DNA of 63,865 nt, the filler included, from Candidatus Rokuibacteriota bacterium (GTDB lineage: Bacteria; JAUVQV01; DATDCY01): assembly GCA_031406795.1 (NCBI GenBank). It is 6 parts of 6 records of this genome, joined end to end, with 100 filler letters (N's around TTAATTAATTAA, not from the genome) between each part and the next. Parts side by side here need not be neighbours in the genome. Positions count along the whole stretch, not along the records: positions 1 to 22,678 come from JANOHV010000116.1; 5 more parts are not named here. The stretch is one strand, 5' to 3'. The notes under the pieces are model-generated. The model made no database searches. It was not told where the DNA came from and worked only from the letters and a program-made list of their open reading frames with translations. A program made the translations under genes and the position numbers. Position 1 is the first letter of the stretch; every line of letters starts with the position of its first letter. Positions 12,209 to 22,778 of the stretch are shown one piece after another.

Positions 12209-12340
12209 CACCCGCTTGCCTGGTCTCGTCGGAATCTCTGCTTTTCCCACAGTCTGCCCTCCTGCCATCGACTATTACTCGTGATTTCTAACACACCCAG
12301 TGCAGCCCGTCTAGAATATCGGCCGCAACCTTCACGATCA

Positions 12341-12552
12341 CAGCGAGGCGGCCGGGGCGTTCCTGTGGGGATGATGCGCGAAGACGCCGATCAGCCCGGG
12401 ATGCCCACCGGGGCGGTTTCCGCAGGAAACGCGAGCTCGTTGTTTGAGCTCGAAGGGCGCGTTACGAGACCGAGAGCCCCGGGCGGTACTCCGGGCCGGC
12501 GGCTGAGACGCACGACCGAAGGAATGCCCCCGCCGCCTCGCGCATGGGAACA
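12341..12552. repeat. ~210-bp long-hairpin direct repeat, family C copy 2
   Basis: Near-identical to 11365-11575. Confidence 0.92.
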
Positions 12553-12563
12553 GCCGGAGCTGC

Positions 12564-12589
12564 CGGGAGGGGATCAACCCCTCCCCTAC
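12564..12589 (-). repeat. GTAG-type REP, right
   Basis: Reverse complement GTAGGGGAGGGGTTGATCCCCTCCCG, 24/26 identical to 10975-11000. Confidence 0.75.
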
Positions 12590-12670
12590 GTTGAACTACA
12601 ACGATTGAGAATGACCACAGATCATGGCAGCAGAGTTGTTGCGATCGGCACGCTGGCCCGCGGCAGCCAA

Positions 12671-13120
12671 TCACCCTCTGCCGAAATCACCAGTCTTTGC
12701 CTCTGTTTTTGCCAGGACCATGCGGGCATCCATCGCTTTCCGGTAAAAAGTTCTCACCTTTCCGATGCTCTTCGCAGCCACCGCCTTGAAAAGGTCGGCC
12801 TCTGCCTCGGAGATGTCCAAACGCCTGTAGTAGTCGAGCGTTTCGAACAGATGGGCCAGGACAATCTTGCCAGTGACGATCGGATGGTTGTTCGTTATGT
12901 TCGCCTCTTTGAACCGCGTACCATGTTCGAGTTCCACCACAAGACCTCTCCTGAACTGCTCAGGATCGATCTTCAGCCCGGCGCTGTCGATCTGCTTGAG
13001 GACGACCTTCGCCTCCTTCAGGCTGATCTTCGGGTCCTTGATCTTTGTCCAGTCACGAAGCTTTAATTTCTTGCAGACCCGCCGAACTTCTTCTCTTGTG
13101 ACATATTCAGGCAGTTTCAT
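12671..13120 (-). CDS. DUF5661-like protein
   Basis: QFRRGLVVELEHG...TGKIVLAHLFE..DYYRRL. Confidence 0.7.
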   Translation of the reverse strand: MKLPEYVTREEVRRVCKKLKLRDWTKIKDPKISLKEAKVVLKQIDSAGLKIDPEQFRRGLVVELEHGTRFKEANITNNHPIVTGKIVLAHLFETLDYYRRLDISEAEADLFKAVAAKSIGKVRTFYRKAMDARMVLAKTEAKTGDFGRG

Positions 13121-13164
13121 GCTTCCTCCGATCGGCTCGTCAGGAGTGCTGTAACATCGGGGCT

Positions 13165-14529
13165 CTACAGCACCCGCATGAAGGCCACAAGATCCTGCTT
13201 CTCCTGTTTATTCAGCCTCACCCCCAGGACCAGGTTGAAGAACTCCACCGCGTCCTCCAGCGTCAGCAGCCGGTCGTCGTGCAAATACGGCGGCGAGTCC
13301 TTGATGCCGCGCAACGGGAAGGTCTTGATCGGGCCGTCGGCCGACGCCTTGCGACCGTTCACCGTGACCTCCTTGAAAAATCGCTCCACCTTCAAGTTGT
13401 GCATGAGGTTGTCGGTGTAGTAGGGCGGGGTGTGGCAGGTCGAGCACTGGCCCTTACCGGAGAAGATTTCCTGGCCGCGCATTTCGTTCTCTCCGGCTTT
13501 GGCGGGATCGAGTTTGCCGAAGACATTGAGCTTCGGCGCGGGCGGGAAGTCGAGCAGCGCCTGAAACTCCGCCATGAAATGCACCTGGCTGCCGCGTTCG
13601 AGGACGTTGGTGCCTTTCCGCGCCGCGTCGGCCGGGATGCCGTCGAAGTACGCGGCTCGCTGCTCAAACTCGGTGAAATCTTCCACGGTTTTCAGCGCAC
13701 GCTGGGAACCGAACAAGCGCTGAATGTTTACGCCGCGCAGCGAGGGCGTGTCGATCCGATGGCGATGCTCGTCGGGCCGGATGTCGCCGACCGTGTGGGT
13801 GGCGGCGTTCGTGTGGCCGTTGGCGTGACAGTCGAAGCAGGCAACGCCCTGATGCGCCTTCAAACTGCGGCGGTCTTCGATGGCGTTGAACTGCTGCTGC
13901 GGAAACGGCGTAACCAGCAACCGCAAGCCTTCGAGTTGCTTGGGATTGAGGATATCCTTGAACAATTCGTTGAAGTTGCCGAGCGTCACCAGTTTCCCCT
14001 GCGAGACGTCGCCCAGATCCGGCCGCGTCGTCAGAAAGATTCCTGCCTGTGGCTCGGGCAGCAAATGATCCGGCAGGTCGAAGTCGAGGTCGAAGCGAGT
14101 CAGATCACGATCGGTCTGCTTCTTCGTTTCCTCGATGAGGAACTTGGGGAAGATCATGCCGCCCGCTTCGTGGTGGGGATGCGGCAACGGCAGAAAGCCG
14201 GCCGGCCAGAGCTGTTTTTCCCTGACTTCCTCCGGCGGCAAGGCGGCGAGTTTCTCCCAGGTCAGGCCTTCGGGCAACTTGACGCGTACGCCCACTTGCA
14301 CCGGCTTGCCGCGCGACATGGTCGTTCCCTGGGCCGGCCGGTCGGCGAGGTCGTAGCGCTGAGCGAGCAGATCCTGTTGCCGCTTCGCGAACTGCGGTTT
14401 CTCCGCTTGAAGGCGTTTGACCAGCGCGGGGAAGTCCTCATCGGCGGCCGAAGCTGTCAGTGCGAAGCAGACAACCGCCGTGGCGGGCAATGCGGCCAGG
14501 AACCAGCGGATTCGAGACGAAACCGACAC
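13165..14529 (-). CDS. Diheme cytochrome c peroxidase/MauG-superfamily protein
   Basis: Signal peptide, CFDCH, DTPSLRG, CSTCH, KTFPLRG...PPYLHD. Confidence 0.8.
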   Translation of the reverse strand: MSVSSRIRWFLAALPATAVVCFALTASAADEDFPALVKRLQAEKPQFAKRQQDLLAQRYDLADRPAQGTTMSRGKPVQVGVRVKLPEGLTWEKLAALPPEEVREKQLWPAGFLPLPHPHHEAGGMIFPKFLIEETKKQTDRDLTRFDLDFDLPDHLLPEPQAGIFLTTRPDLGDVSQGKLVTLGNFNELFKDILNPKQLEGLRLLVTPFPQQQFNAIEDRRSLKAHQGVACFDCHANGHTNAATHTVGDIRPDEHRHRIDTPSLRGVNIQRLFGSQRALKTVEDFTEFEQRAAYFDGIPADAARKGTNVLERGSQVHFMAEFQALLDFPPAPKLNVFGKLDPAKAGENEMRGQEIFSGKGQCSTCHTPPYYTDNLMHNLKVERFFKEVTVNGRKASADGPIKTFPLRGIKDSPPYLHDDRLLTLEDAVEFFNLVLGVRLNKQEKQDLVAFMRVL

Positions 14530-14556
14530 GAAAAGCTCCTTCTCTTTCAGTTGAAG

Positions 14557-15378
14557 TCACCCCTTGAGGAATGCGAGCAGGTCGGCGTTGATCTGATCCT
14601 TGTGAGTCGAGCACATGCCATGTGGCAAGCCCGGGTAGACTTTCAGCGTGGCGCCTTTGACGATCTTGGCCGTGAGCATGGCCGCGGCGCCGATCGGTAC
14701 GATCTGGTCGTCGTCGCCGTGCATGATGAGGGTCGGGACGTCGAACTTCCTGAGGTCTTCGGTGAAGTCCGTCTCGGAAAAGGCCTTGATGCAATCAATG
14801 ACGCCCTTGAAGCTGGCGAGCATCCCTTGCAGCCAGAACGAATCCCGCAGCCCCTGCGAGATCTTTGCGTTTGGCCTGTTGGCGCCGTAAAAAGGCGTGG
14901 TGAGATCCTTGAAGAACTGCGACCGGTCGGCGAGCACGCCGGCGCGGATCTTGTCGAACGCGTCGATCGGCAAGCCGCCGGGATTGGCGGCCGTCTTCAA
15001 CATCAGCGGTGTCACCGAGCCGATCAGCACCGCCTTGGCCACACGCTTGGTGCCGTGACGGCCGACATAGCGGGAGACTTCGCCGCCACCCGTGGAATGG
15101 CCGACAAGGATCACGTCCTTCAGGTCGAGCTTTTCCACGACCGCCGCGAGGTCGTCCGCGTACGTGTCCATGTCGTTGCCATCCCAAGGCTGGCTGGATC
15201 GGCCGTGGCCGCGGCGGTCGTGGGCGATGCAGCGGTAGCCGCGAGCCCCGAGAAACACCATCTGGTCTTCCCAGGCGTCCGCACAGAGCGGCCAACCGTG
15301 GCTGAACGCCACGGGCTGTCCGCTGCCCCATTCCTTGTAATAGATCTGCGTGCCGTCGTTCGTTGTGATCGTGCTCAT
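14557..15378 (-). CDS. Alpha/beta hydrolase (non-heme chloroperoxidase/arylesterase type)
   Basis: [33 protein letters not shown]. Confidence 0.93.
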   Translation of the reverse strand: MSTITTNDGTQIYYKEWGSGQPVAFSHGWPLCADAWEDQMVFLGARGYRCIAHDRRGHGRSSQPWDGNDMDTYADDLAAVVEKLDLKDVILVGHSTGGGEVSRYVGRHGTKRVAKAVLIGSVTPLMLKTAANPGGLPIDAFDKIRAGVLADRSQFFKDLTTPFYGANRPNAKISQGLRDSFWLQGMLASFKGVIDCIKAFSETDFTEDLRKFDVPTLIMHGDDDQIVPIGAAAMLTAKIVKGATLKVYPGLPHGMCSTHKDQINADLLAFLKG

Positions 15379-16757
15379 CGGCTACCTCCGTTGATGTCTC
15401 GGCGTAACAGCGTCCTCTCATTCTTGGCGAGAGACTTGCGAACGCGGGCGACCTGCTCGCTCTTGACCGCTGGCGCATGATTGCCCCAGCTGGCGCGGAT
15501 AAAACTGAGGACGTCCGCCAGATCCTCATCGCTCAGGCGCCACCCGAAGTCGGGCATGGCGATTGCGGACGGCGCGGTTTGCGTCGACGGCATTGCCGAC
15601 CCCGCCAGCAGCAGGTGAATCAGCGACACCGGGTCTTTGGTGTTGACCGATTCGTTCCTCACCAGGTTCGGGAAGATCCGTTGAGCGCCGGCGCCGTCCG
15701 AATGATGGCAGGCGCAGCAATTGTCCAGATAGATCCGTGATCCGCGCATCCCGGTTTCGCCCGTTTTCAACGCGCGCGTCGCGGCATGGTCGGCATCCGC
15801 CTGCAACCGGGAATCCCCGCTGCCCTTCACGTCCTGATCATCGGCCGGCAGCGATTTCAGGTATTCTGCGATTGCCATCAGGTCAGGGTCGGTCAGATAT
15901 TGTGTGCTCTTGGCGACCACATCCGCCATCATGCCGGTTGCAGCGACACGCGCCGTTCGGCCGCTTCTGAGCGATTCGACCAGTTCGTCCTGCGACCAGG
16001 CCGCCAACCCCGTTACCGCCTCGCCCCTCAGGGAAGTTGCGTACCAGTCGTCAAGAGCGGCGCCAGCGAGATAATTCGCGCCGTCCCGCTCACTTCCCGC
16101 CTTTTCCTGGCCGGCGATGCCTCGGGGCGTGTGGCAGGCGCCGCAGTGCCCGAGACCCTGCACGAGATACGCGCCGCGGTTCCACGAGTCGCTCTGACGC
16201 GGGTCGGCGGCGTATTCGCCCTTCTTGAAATAGAGCGCATTCCAGACCGCCAGGAGCGAACGCGAACCGAGCGGCCAACTCAGGTGCGCTCGGCGGGCGG
16301 GAGCGCGCACCGGCGTTACCCCTTGCATGAAGTAGGCATAGAGCGCCGCAAGGTCTTCGGGCGAGACCTTGGCGAAGGACGGGTAAGGCATGGCCGAGTA
16401 CAGGCGGCGGCCATCCTTTGCCACGCCCTTGCGCATGACTTTCACGAAATCGTCCCTGCTGTAGAGACCGATCCCGGTTTCGCGGTCCGGCGTGATGTTG
16501 GTCGAATACACCGTCCCGACCTTGACGTCGAACGGCAGTCCCCCCGCGAACGGCTTTCCCTGCTGCGCGATGTGGCAGGCCAGGCAATCGCCGGCTCGCG
16601 CCAGGTAGGCGCCACGCTGCACAAGTTCATCCGTGGCGGGTGCCGATTGCCCACTCGACCAGGTCGGGAGCGGCACGACGACGAACGCAACGGCCACGAT
16701 CGTGGCGACGAGAAGATGCAGCGGCGTGATTCGCGCGGGTGTTTTCACGTTAAACAC
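15375..16757 (-). CDS. Gluconate 2-dehydrogenase-like triheme cytochrome c subunit
   Basis: [28 protein letters not shown]. Confidence 0.9.
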   Translation of the reverse strand: MFNVKTPARITPLHLLVATIVAVAFVVVPLPTWSSGQSAPATDELVQRGAYLARAGDCLACHIAQQGKPFAGGLPFDVKVGTVYSTNITPDRETGIGLYSRDDFVKVMRKGVAKDGRRLYSAMPYPSFAKVSPEDLAALYAYFMQGVTPVRAPARRAHLSWPLGSRSLLAVWNALYFKKGEYAADPRQSDSWNRGAYLVQGLGHCGACHTPRGIAGQEKAGSERDGANYLAGAALDDWYATSLRGEAVTGLAAWSQDELVESLRSGRTARVAATGMMADVVAKSTQYLTDPDLMAIAEYLKSLPADDQDVKGSGDSRLQADADHAATRALKTGETGMRGSRIYLDNCCACHHSDGAGAQRIFPNLVRNESVNTKDPVSLIHLLLAGSAMPSTQTAPSAIAMPDFGWRLSDEDLADVLSFIRASWGNHAPAVKSEQVARVRKSLAKNERTLLRRDINGGSR

Positions 16758-16770
16758 TCCTTGTCCACGT

Positions 16771-18543
16771 CTACGCCAGCGGCCCGGGCGTCTTGAGATA
16801 GGCCGTGCGAATGGCTTTGGCGGACCAGTAGGTCAGCGCGCCCGCCAAACCCAGCGGGTTGTAACCGATATTCTGCGGGAAGACGCTCGATCCCATGACG
16901 AACACATTGTGCGCGTCCCAGGCCTGCAAATAGCGGTTGACCACGCTGCTCCCGGGATCCTCGCCCATGATCGCGCCGCCGACATTGTGCGTGGTCTGGT
17001 AGATGCGCGTGTCGTAGTGGTCGCCGAATTGCTTCATCTTCACCTCTACCGACCTGCCGCCCATCCCTTCCGCGATCTCCTTCGCCTTGCCGGTCACGAA
17101 GTGGGTCATTCTGATGTCGTTTTCCTTGAAATCGAATGTCATGCGCAACAACGGCTGTCCGTAACTGTCGCGATAGGTCGGATCGAGGTCGAGGTAGTTG
17201 TCGCGGTGGGACATGATCGTGCCGTGGGTCTGGATGTTGACGGTGTACAAATAATGGTCCTTGATCGCCTGCTTCCAGGCGGATCCCCACTGCGGCGTCC
17301 CTTTGGGAAGCGACATCTGCTGGATGGGTCGGCCACCGGTCTGGATCACGCCGATATACCCGCCGCCGATGAAACCGAGCGGCGCGTGATCGAAATGATC
17401 GCCGTTGAAATCGTCGATGACCTGGCCGCCCGCTCCGCTGCCGATGAAGGGGTTCATCGGCTTGTCCTTGCCGAAGAACACCTGAACACCCCCGGTCATC
17501 TGATAGGTGTAATTTCGCCCGACAACCCCTTGGCCAGTCCCCGGGTCGTAGGGTTGGCCGATTCCCGACTGCAGCAGCAGCCTGGTGTTGTTGAGTTGAT
17601 AGGCGCACAAGACGACAATCTCCGCCGGCTGGTGGACCGTGCGGCCCTGCGCATCGATGTAGGTGACGCCGGTGGCGCGCTTGCCCGACGAGTCGAGATT
17701 GATGCGCACGACGTTGGCCTGGGCGCGCAACTCGAAATTCGGCCTCTTCAGCAGCACCGGCAGGAGGGTCGTCTGCGGCGAGGCCTTGGCGTACTTGTAG
17801 CAGCCGAAACGTTCGCAGTAGCCGCAGAAATTGCACGGACCGAGTTGAGCGCCATGGGGGTTTGTGTACGCGCGCGAGGCATTCGAGGCCGGTTCTGAAA
17901 AGGGATGGTAGCCGAGGTTCTTCGCCGCTGCGGCGAACAACGTGGCGCCGTAGGCGTCTGCAAGCGGCGGCAACGGAAATTCCCGAGAACGCGGCCCCTC
18001 GAACGGGTTCCCCCCCGCGACTTGTTCGCCGTTCAGGTTGCCGGCTTTGCCCGAGGTGCCGCAGACGCGCTCGAACTGGTCGAAGCAGGGCTCCAGTTCC
18101 TCATAGCTCACGCCGAAATCCTGGATCGTCATGCCGTCGGGGATAAAGCCTGCGCCATAACGCTCCGTAATGTGACTCTTGAGGCGCAATTCCTCGGGAA
18201 GAACGCGCCAGTGCTGGCCATTCCAGTGCACCCCCCCGCCACCGACACCGTTACCCGGCATGAACGACCCAAACTGGCGATACGGCACGGCACGGTCCCG
18301 GGGAGCATGGCGAATGGTCAACGTTTCGCGCGACAGATCCTGAAACAGCTCGTGGCGTATGCCGTAGGTCAGTTCGTCGGCAATGCGCGGATAGGCGAAA
18401 TCCGGAGAGGTGTCGCGGTTCTCGCCCCGCTCGAGGGCGACGACGTTCAGGCCGGCTTCGGTCAGTTCCATACCCATGATGGCGCCGGTCCAGCCGAAGC
18501 CGACGAGCACCGCGTCCACCGGGGGTTTCCTGATATCGTCCAT
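16771..18543 (-). CDS. Gluconate 2-dehydrogenase-like GMC flavoprotein subunit
   Basis: VGFGWTG, GVGGGGVHWNG, CNFCGYCERFGC, YQTTHNVGG. Confidence 0.92.
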   Translation of the reverse strand: MDDIRKPPVDAVLVGFGWTGAIMGMELTEAGLNVVALERGENRDTSPDFAYPRIADELTYGIRHELFQDLSRETLTIRHAPRDRAVPYRQFGSFMPGNGVGGGGVHWNGQHWRVLPEELRLKSHITERYGAGFIPDGMTIQDFGVSYEELEPCFDQFERVCGTSGKAGNLNGEQVAGGNPFEGPRSREFPLPPLADAYGATLFAAAAKNLGYHPFSEPASNASRAYTNPHGAQLGPCNFCGYCERFGCYKYAKASPQTTLLPVLLKRPNFELRAQANVVRINLDSSGKRATGVTYIDAQGRTVHQPAEIVVLCAYQLNNTRLLLQSGIGQPYDPGTGQGVVGRNYTYQMTGGVQVFFGKDKPMNPFIGSGAGGQVIDDFNGDHFDHAPLGFIGGGYIGVIQTGGRPIQQMSLPKGTPQWGSAWKQAIKDHYLYTVNIQTHGTIMSHRDNYLDLDPTYRDSYGQPLLRMTFDFKENDIRMTHFVTGKAKEIAEGMGGRSVEVKMKQFGDHYDTRIYQTTHNVGGAIMGEDPGSSVVNRYLQAWDAHNVFVMGSSVFPQNIGYNPLGLAGALTYWSAKAIRTAYLKTPGPLA

Positions 18544-18548
18544 CGCAA

Positions 18549-19253
18549 TCAGCCCCTTTCGCCTGAGATGGCGACCGGGCCGTACGGATAGCGCACACCG
18601 TGCCTGTCGACCCAGTCGAGAAAATCCGCTCGGGCGCCGGGAAAGCCGATCATCTTCCAGCTGGCCATGCCCTTGTTGCCGCCATGGATCGGATCGGCAA
18701 GATACCCCTCCTTGGTGTTCTGGAGCAGAAAGCCGAAGAAGATCTTGCCGGAAACGTTCTCGAAATCGAGCGCACCGCTTTCCAGGTCGGCCAGCACCGC
18801 GTCCTGCGTCGCGACGGGAAGTCCGGAAAAGGACTTGTTGCCGAACATGCGCCGGCAGTGCGCATCCACCGCGGCGAAACCGGCGCGGTAGACCGCGCGC
18901 GGCGTAAGCGGCGACTGGTACCCGAACTCGGGCGAAGCGGAGACGAACGGCCCCTGCATATACCAAGTCGCGGCATGCCCGAACGCGCCGTTCATTTCCC
19001 GGTCGATGAATTCCGGAACGCCCAGTTCAACGGCACCGGGACCGTTCTCGTCGGCGGGGATCAGGCGCGCGCACGCTGCGTTCAGGAAGGCCCATTCCTC
19101 ATCGGTAAAGTAACGGTGCGCGACAGCCGGCGCCGTGGATGTCCTCAACGCCGGACGGGGCACGCAGGCTGCCAGCGAGACAGCCGGAACCAGGACCATC
19201 ATGCCGCGCAGGAAATCGCGACGACCAAGCGGTGCGAACGACGGCACTCTCAT
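18549..19253 (-). CDS. Gluconate 2-dehydrogenase subunit 3 (gamma)
   Basis: Tat motif GRRDFL, LIPADE, EGYLADPIHGGN, WKMIGFPG. Confidence 0.92.
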   Translation of the reverse strand: MRVPSFAPLGRRDFLRGMMVLVPAVSLAACVPRPALRTSTAPAVAHRYFTDEEWAFLNAACARLIPADENGPGAVELGVPEFIDREMNGAFGHAATWYMQGPFVSASPEFGYQSPLTPRAVYRAGFAAVDAHCRRMFGNKSFSGLPVATQDAVLADLESGALDFENVSGKIFFGFLLQNTKEGYLADPIHGGNKGMASWKMIGFPGARADFLDWVDRHGVRYPYGPVAISGERG

Positions 19254-19276
19254 ATCTTGCGGAGGTTCCGTCGCCG

Positions 19277-19432
19277 TTAGTGCAGCCGGCCCATCAGCAA
19301 CAACACGAGCAGAATCAACAGGACAAGTCCAAGTCCACCGCTCGGGAAGTAGCCCCAGCTCTTGCTGTGGGGCCAGGTGGGCAGTGCGCCCACCAGCAAG
19401 AGAATCAGGACAATCAGCAGTATCAGTCCCAT
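19277..19432 (-). CDS. DUF3309 small membrane protein (absent from the ORF track)
   Basis: MGLILLIVLILLLVGALPTWPHSKSWGYFPSGGLG; AAGGAG RBS. Confidence 0.88.
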   Translation of the reverse strand: MGLILLIVLILLLVGALPTWPHSKSWGYFPSGGLGLVLLILLVLLLMGRLH

Positions 19433-19448
19433 GGCCAAACTCCTTTCG

Positions 19449-20120
19449 CTACTCGTGGAACTTCTTCGGGAACTGCTTGAGGATCCCGTCCGTCAGCGCA
19501 TCGGCGAACATCAGCATGTGCGCGTGACCTTTGTCGTAGGCCTGGATATCGGCCGCCCAGTCCTTTTTGAGGCGCGAGACAACCTCGGCCGTCGTGTAAT
19601 CGAGGTGCTTGTAGAGCAGCTCCTTGAGCGTCAGCACCGGCCAATTCGGGTTTGCGCCCGCGAGGAACACCGCGATCTCGTCCGCGTTCTTCTTCCAGCG
19701 CTCCTGACCCTTGCCCACGCCGTCGTTATCGCCGGCCTTCGCGGCCTTGACGATGTCGGCGGCGATCAGGATGTGGTCGCGCAGCAGCGCCGAAAGCTTC
19801 TTGCCGGCTTCTTCGCCGTAGACGGGCTTGATCGCGTTGCCGATGTCGTCCTGGTTGCGCAGGAGCCGCTCCGCGATCGGGCCGGCATCCTCGAGGCCGG
19901 CGAGCGAACTGATGATGAAATTGCGCGTGTAGACGATGTGCTCCTCCCAGAGCATGCGCATGGCGTTGCGCAGTTCCTGGTGGCTCATCGTCACCGACGC
20001 GGCACCGCCGCCCTTCTGAGACTCCTTCGCTGCCGGGCCGTTGGCCTTGACCGGCACATCGACCATCAGGAACACGGCGGCGACAAATGTTACGAAAGCC
20101 CCCAGCAAGTTCTTCTTCAC
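19449..20120 (-). CDS. Exported helical conserved hypothetical protein
   Basis: Signal peptide; MRMLWEEH, RLLRNQDDIG and spaced His residues. Confidence 0.75.
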   Translation of the reverse strand: MKKNLLGAFVTFVAAVFLMVDVPVKANGPAAKESQKGGGAASVTMSHQELRNAMRMLWEEHIVYTRNFIISSLAGLEDAGPIAERLLRNQDDIGNAIKPVYGEEAGKKLSALLRDHILIAADIVKAAKAGDNDGVGKGQERWKKNADEIAVFLAGANPNWPVLTLKELLYKHLDYTTAEVVSRLKKDWAADIQAYDKGHAHMLMFADALTDGILKQFPKKFHE

Positions 20121-20465
20121 GGTGGATCCTCCCTTTTGTCCCTGTTGTCCATGTTACCCGTCAGTAACGAATTGCATTAAGCGTGCCGTTGATATTTTCG
20201 ACGGGACACCAGTCACTCAACTGTTCAATATTACAAAGGTATTAAGATACAGCCGGCCTGGAGGCCGCCGGGGAATGGTTCGGGATTCCAGCGCACCCGT
20301 GAGACGGCCGTTCGCGATTACCGCCTGATGAATCATGGGTTCTGATACAGGAATTGCCCAGTTATTGAGTTCTTCTGCAGCTGAGGATGGGGGCGGCGGG
20401 AAACAGTTGTTCCATAATTGATTTCCGATACATTTGATACAAGGAAACGTCCTTCCCGATTGACG

Positions 20466-21539
20466 CTAGCGTTTCCTGAGCAGATAGGCATGGGCCGAGA
20501 GCCCCGCGCCGAAGGCGACCATGATGCACCACTCGCCTTTGGCTACTCCCCGCTTCTCGATCTCCCGCAGCACGAACCAGACGGTGGGCGACGACATGTT
20601 CCCGTACTCTGAGAGCACGGAGCGCGTCGGCAGGAGTTGCTCCTCCGAAAGCCCGAGCTCGTCCCGGACGGCGTTGATGACCTTTTCCCCGCCGCTGTGA
20701 AGTGCCCAGTGCTTGATGTCTCCCGCCGCCAGCGAATGCGGCGTCAGAACATCGGCAACCACCTGCGCGGCCGCCTTTCGGACCAGGTCCGGCAGTTTGG
20801 TCGAGAGCTGGTTGTAGAGCTGGCCATGTTTGTGGACGTAACGGATCGAATCGCGCTGCTCCGGCACATACCGCCGTGCCGAGGCGACAAGCTCGTAGCC
20901 CTGCGGTCTCGTCCAGAGCACGGCGGCGGCGGCGCCGTCTCCGAAAAGCGTGTTCGACAGCAGGAGGCTCAGATCGTCCTCCATCTGGAACGTCGTGGAG
21001 CAGATCTCCACCGACACGCTCACGACGACCCCGGATCCCTGCTGCCTCGCGAGCGACTCGGAGACCTCGAGGTTGGGGATCGCTCCGCCGCAACCGCTCC
21101 CGACCAGATCGTACGCTCGCACGCTGCGTGAGAGGCCGAGCCTTTCGATCAGATAGGTTGAAATGCCGGGACAGATATACCCCGTGCACGTGTTCACGAC
21201 CAGGCCGGCCACATCGCCTGTGCCCAGACCGACTTGTGCCAGCGCCACCTCGATCGCCTGAGCAGAGAGTTCCCGTGACCAGTGCGTAAAACGGGCGATG
21301 CGCGCATCGGGGTCCTCATCGAGGAGAATCTCCACATTGTCGATGGCCAGGCTGCGTCGCTTGATGCTCGGATGGGAGAAGAACGAGTGAATGAGCTTCA
21401 GGCTCCGCGGATTCAGCTTTTTCTGATAATGCTTGTGCGCGAGCCGTCCGAGTTCCTCCTGGTCGAAGGTGCAGGGGGGCGTCGCAACGGCACATGACGC
21501 GATATGCGGCCCCGCAGCGGTCCACTGTTCTTTTTTCAT
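20466..21539 (-). CDS. Type III polyketide synthase
   Basis: Cys-His-Asn triad: GSGCGG, WALHSGG, YGNMSSP; LFGDGAAA. Confidence 0.93.
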   Translation of the reverse strand: MKKEQWTAAGPHIASCAVATPPCTFDQEELGRLAHKHYQKKLNPRSLKLIHSFFSHPSIKRRSLAIDNVEILLDEDPDARIARFTHWSRELSAQAIEVALAQVGLGTGDVAGLVVNTCTGYICPGISTYLIERLGLSRSVRAYDLVGSGCGGAIPNLEVSESLARQQGSGVVVSVSVEICSTTFQMEDDLSLLLSNTLFGDGAAAAVLWTRPQGYELVASARRYVPEQRDSIRYVHKHGQLYNQLSTKLPDLVRKAAAQVVADVLTPHSLAAGDIKHWALHSGGEKVINAVRDELGLSEEQLLPTRSVLSEYGNMSSPTVWFVLREIEKRGVAKGEWCIMVAFGAGLSAHAYLLRKR

Positions 21540-21752
21540 GTCATCATCCTTTCAGTTCTTCTGGGCAATCCTGTTTTACTACTCCGTAAAATCATCGCTC
21601 GGCGCGACGATTTCAAACTGCCTTTTCAACGATACCGATGGAGATACCGAATGGTGAAACATGTGCTGATAGACAAGCCTGCATAGTCTTGCGGGCAAAA
21701 AGCCCGCGCTAGGAGAGCAGCCGGTCTTCCTGCGTTTCGCCGTACGCGGGCC

Positions 21753-22678
21753 TCACACCCGCATCCCGACCAATCGCAATCCCCTTCGGATAAAGCGCGC
21801 ATACCGCCAGAGCGGCGGTTTGAATCCCAGCCGATGCCCCAGACGGCTGATCCGGGGAAGATAGGAAACCGCCAGTGAATCCCCGCTCATGAAGTTCATG
21901 TGGCCGTTCATCGATTGCTTCACCTGCTGCGTGATCCAGCCGGCCTGCACTTCGGGAGCAACATAGAAGACCGGCGCCAGCATGCCGTCGGCGGGAACAG
22001 CCAGCACCCCTTGCCGCCGGGCTATGGTTTCCAGCTCGGTCCCCGGGTAGATGCGGATACCGACGGTGAATAATGCGGCATCCCGCGGCCGGATAGACCG
22101 CTCCGCGAAACGCAGTGTTTCCCGGACAGTCTCTTGGGTCTCCCCGGGGCCGCCAAGCAGGAAGATCCAGAGGCACGGCAGCCGGCTGCGTTTGACCACC
22201 TCCGCCGCGGCATGGACCTCGCGCGCGGTGAAACCTTTCCGAAGGCCTTTCAGGACCGGGTCGGCTGCGCTCTCGACGGTCAACCCGATCCCCACGAAGC
22301 CGGCGCGCTCCATGGTGGAGAGCAGCCGCTGATCGAAGGAAACCGGGTTCATCTCGATGCTCTGAAGGCGCGCGCGGCTCTTGGACCGGATGAGCGACTC
22401 GCAGACCGCGAGGGCATGGTCGTAGGGAGCATTGAACACATTGTCGACGAACTCGATGTCGACGAATCCCGACGCGGCATACCGGAGCGCGGTCTCGGCC
22501 ACGCTCCCGGGATCCGACAACCGGTAGTCCTCGCCTTCGATCTTGCGGTAGGTGCAGTAGACGCACTGAAAGCGGCAGCCCAGCTTCGTCTGAAGCGGTA
22601 TCGTGGACAAATGGGAACCATAGGCCTTCATGTCGAGCCAGCGGCCATAATCCGGCCCTGCGCAAAAGTGCGCCAACC
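21753..22678 (-). CDS. Radical SAM protein, probably B12-binding class (5' end cut by contig end)
   Basis: TKLGCRFQCVYC, FVDNVFN, LGGPGET. Confidence 0.85.
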
Positions 22679-22778
22679 NNNNNNNNNNNNNNNNNNNNNN
22701 NNNNNNNNNNNNNNNNNNNNNNTTAATTAATTAANNNNNNNNNNNNNNNNNNNNNNNNNNNNNNNNNNNNNNNNNNNN
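22679..22778. other. Artificial contig linker
   Basis: N-run, TTAATTAATTAA, N-run. Confidence 0.99.

Noticed and set aside
11397-13066. ORFs 11397-11996 and 12176-13066 sharing MREDADQPG...
   Set aside because: The similarity is only translation of repeat C, and they overlap real minus-strand genes.
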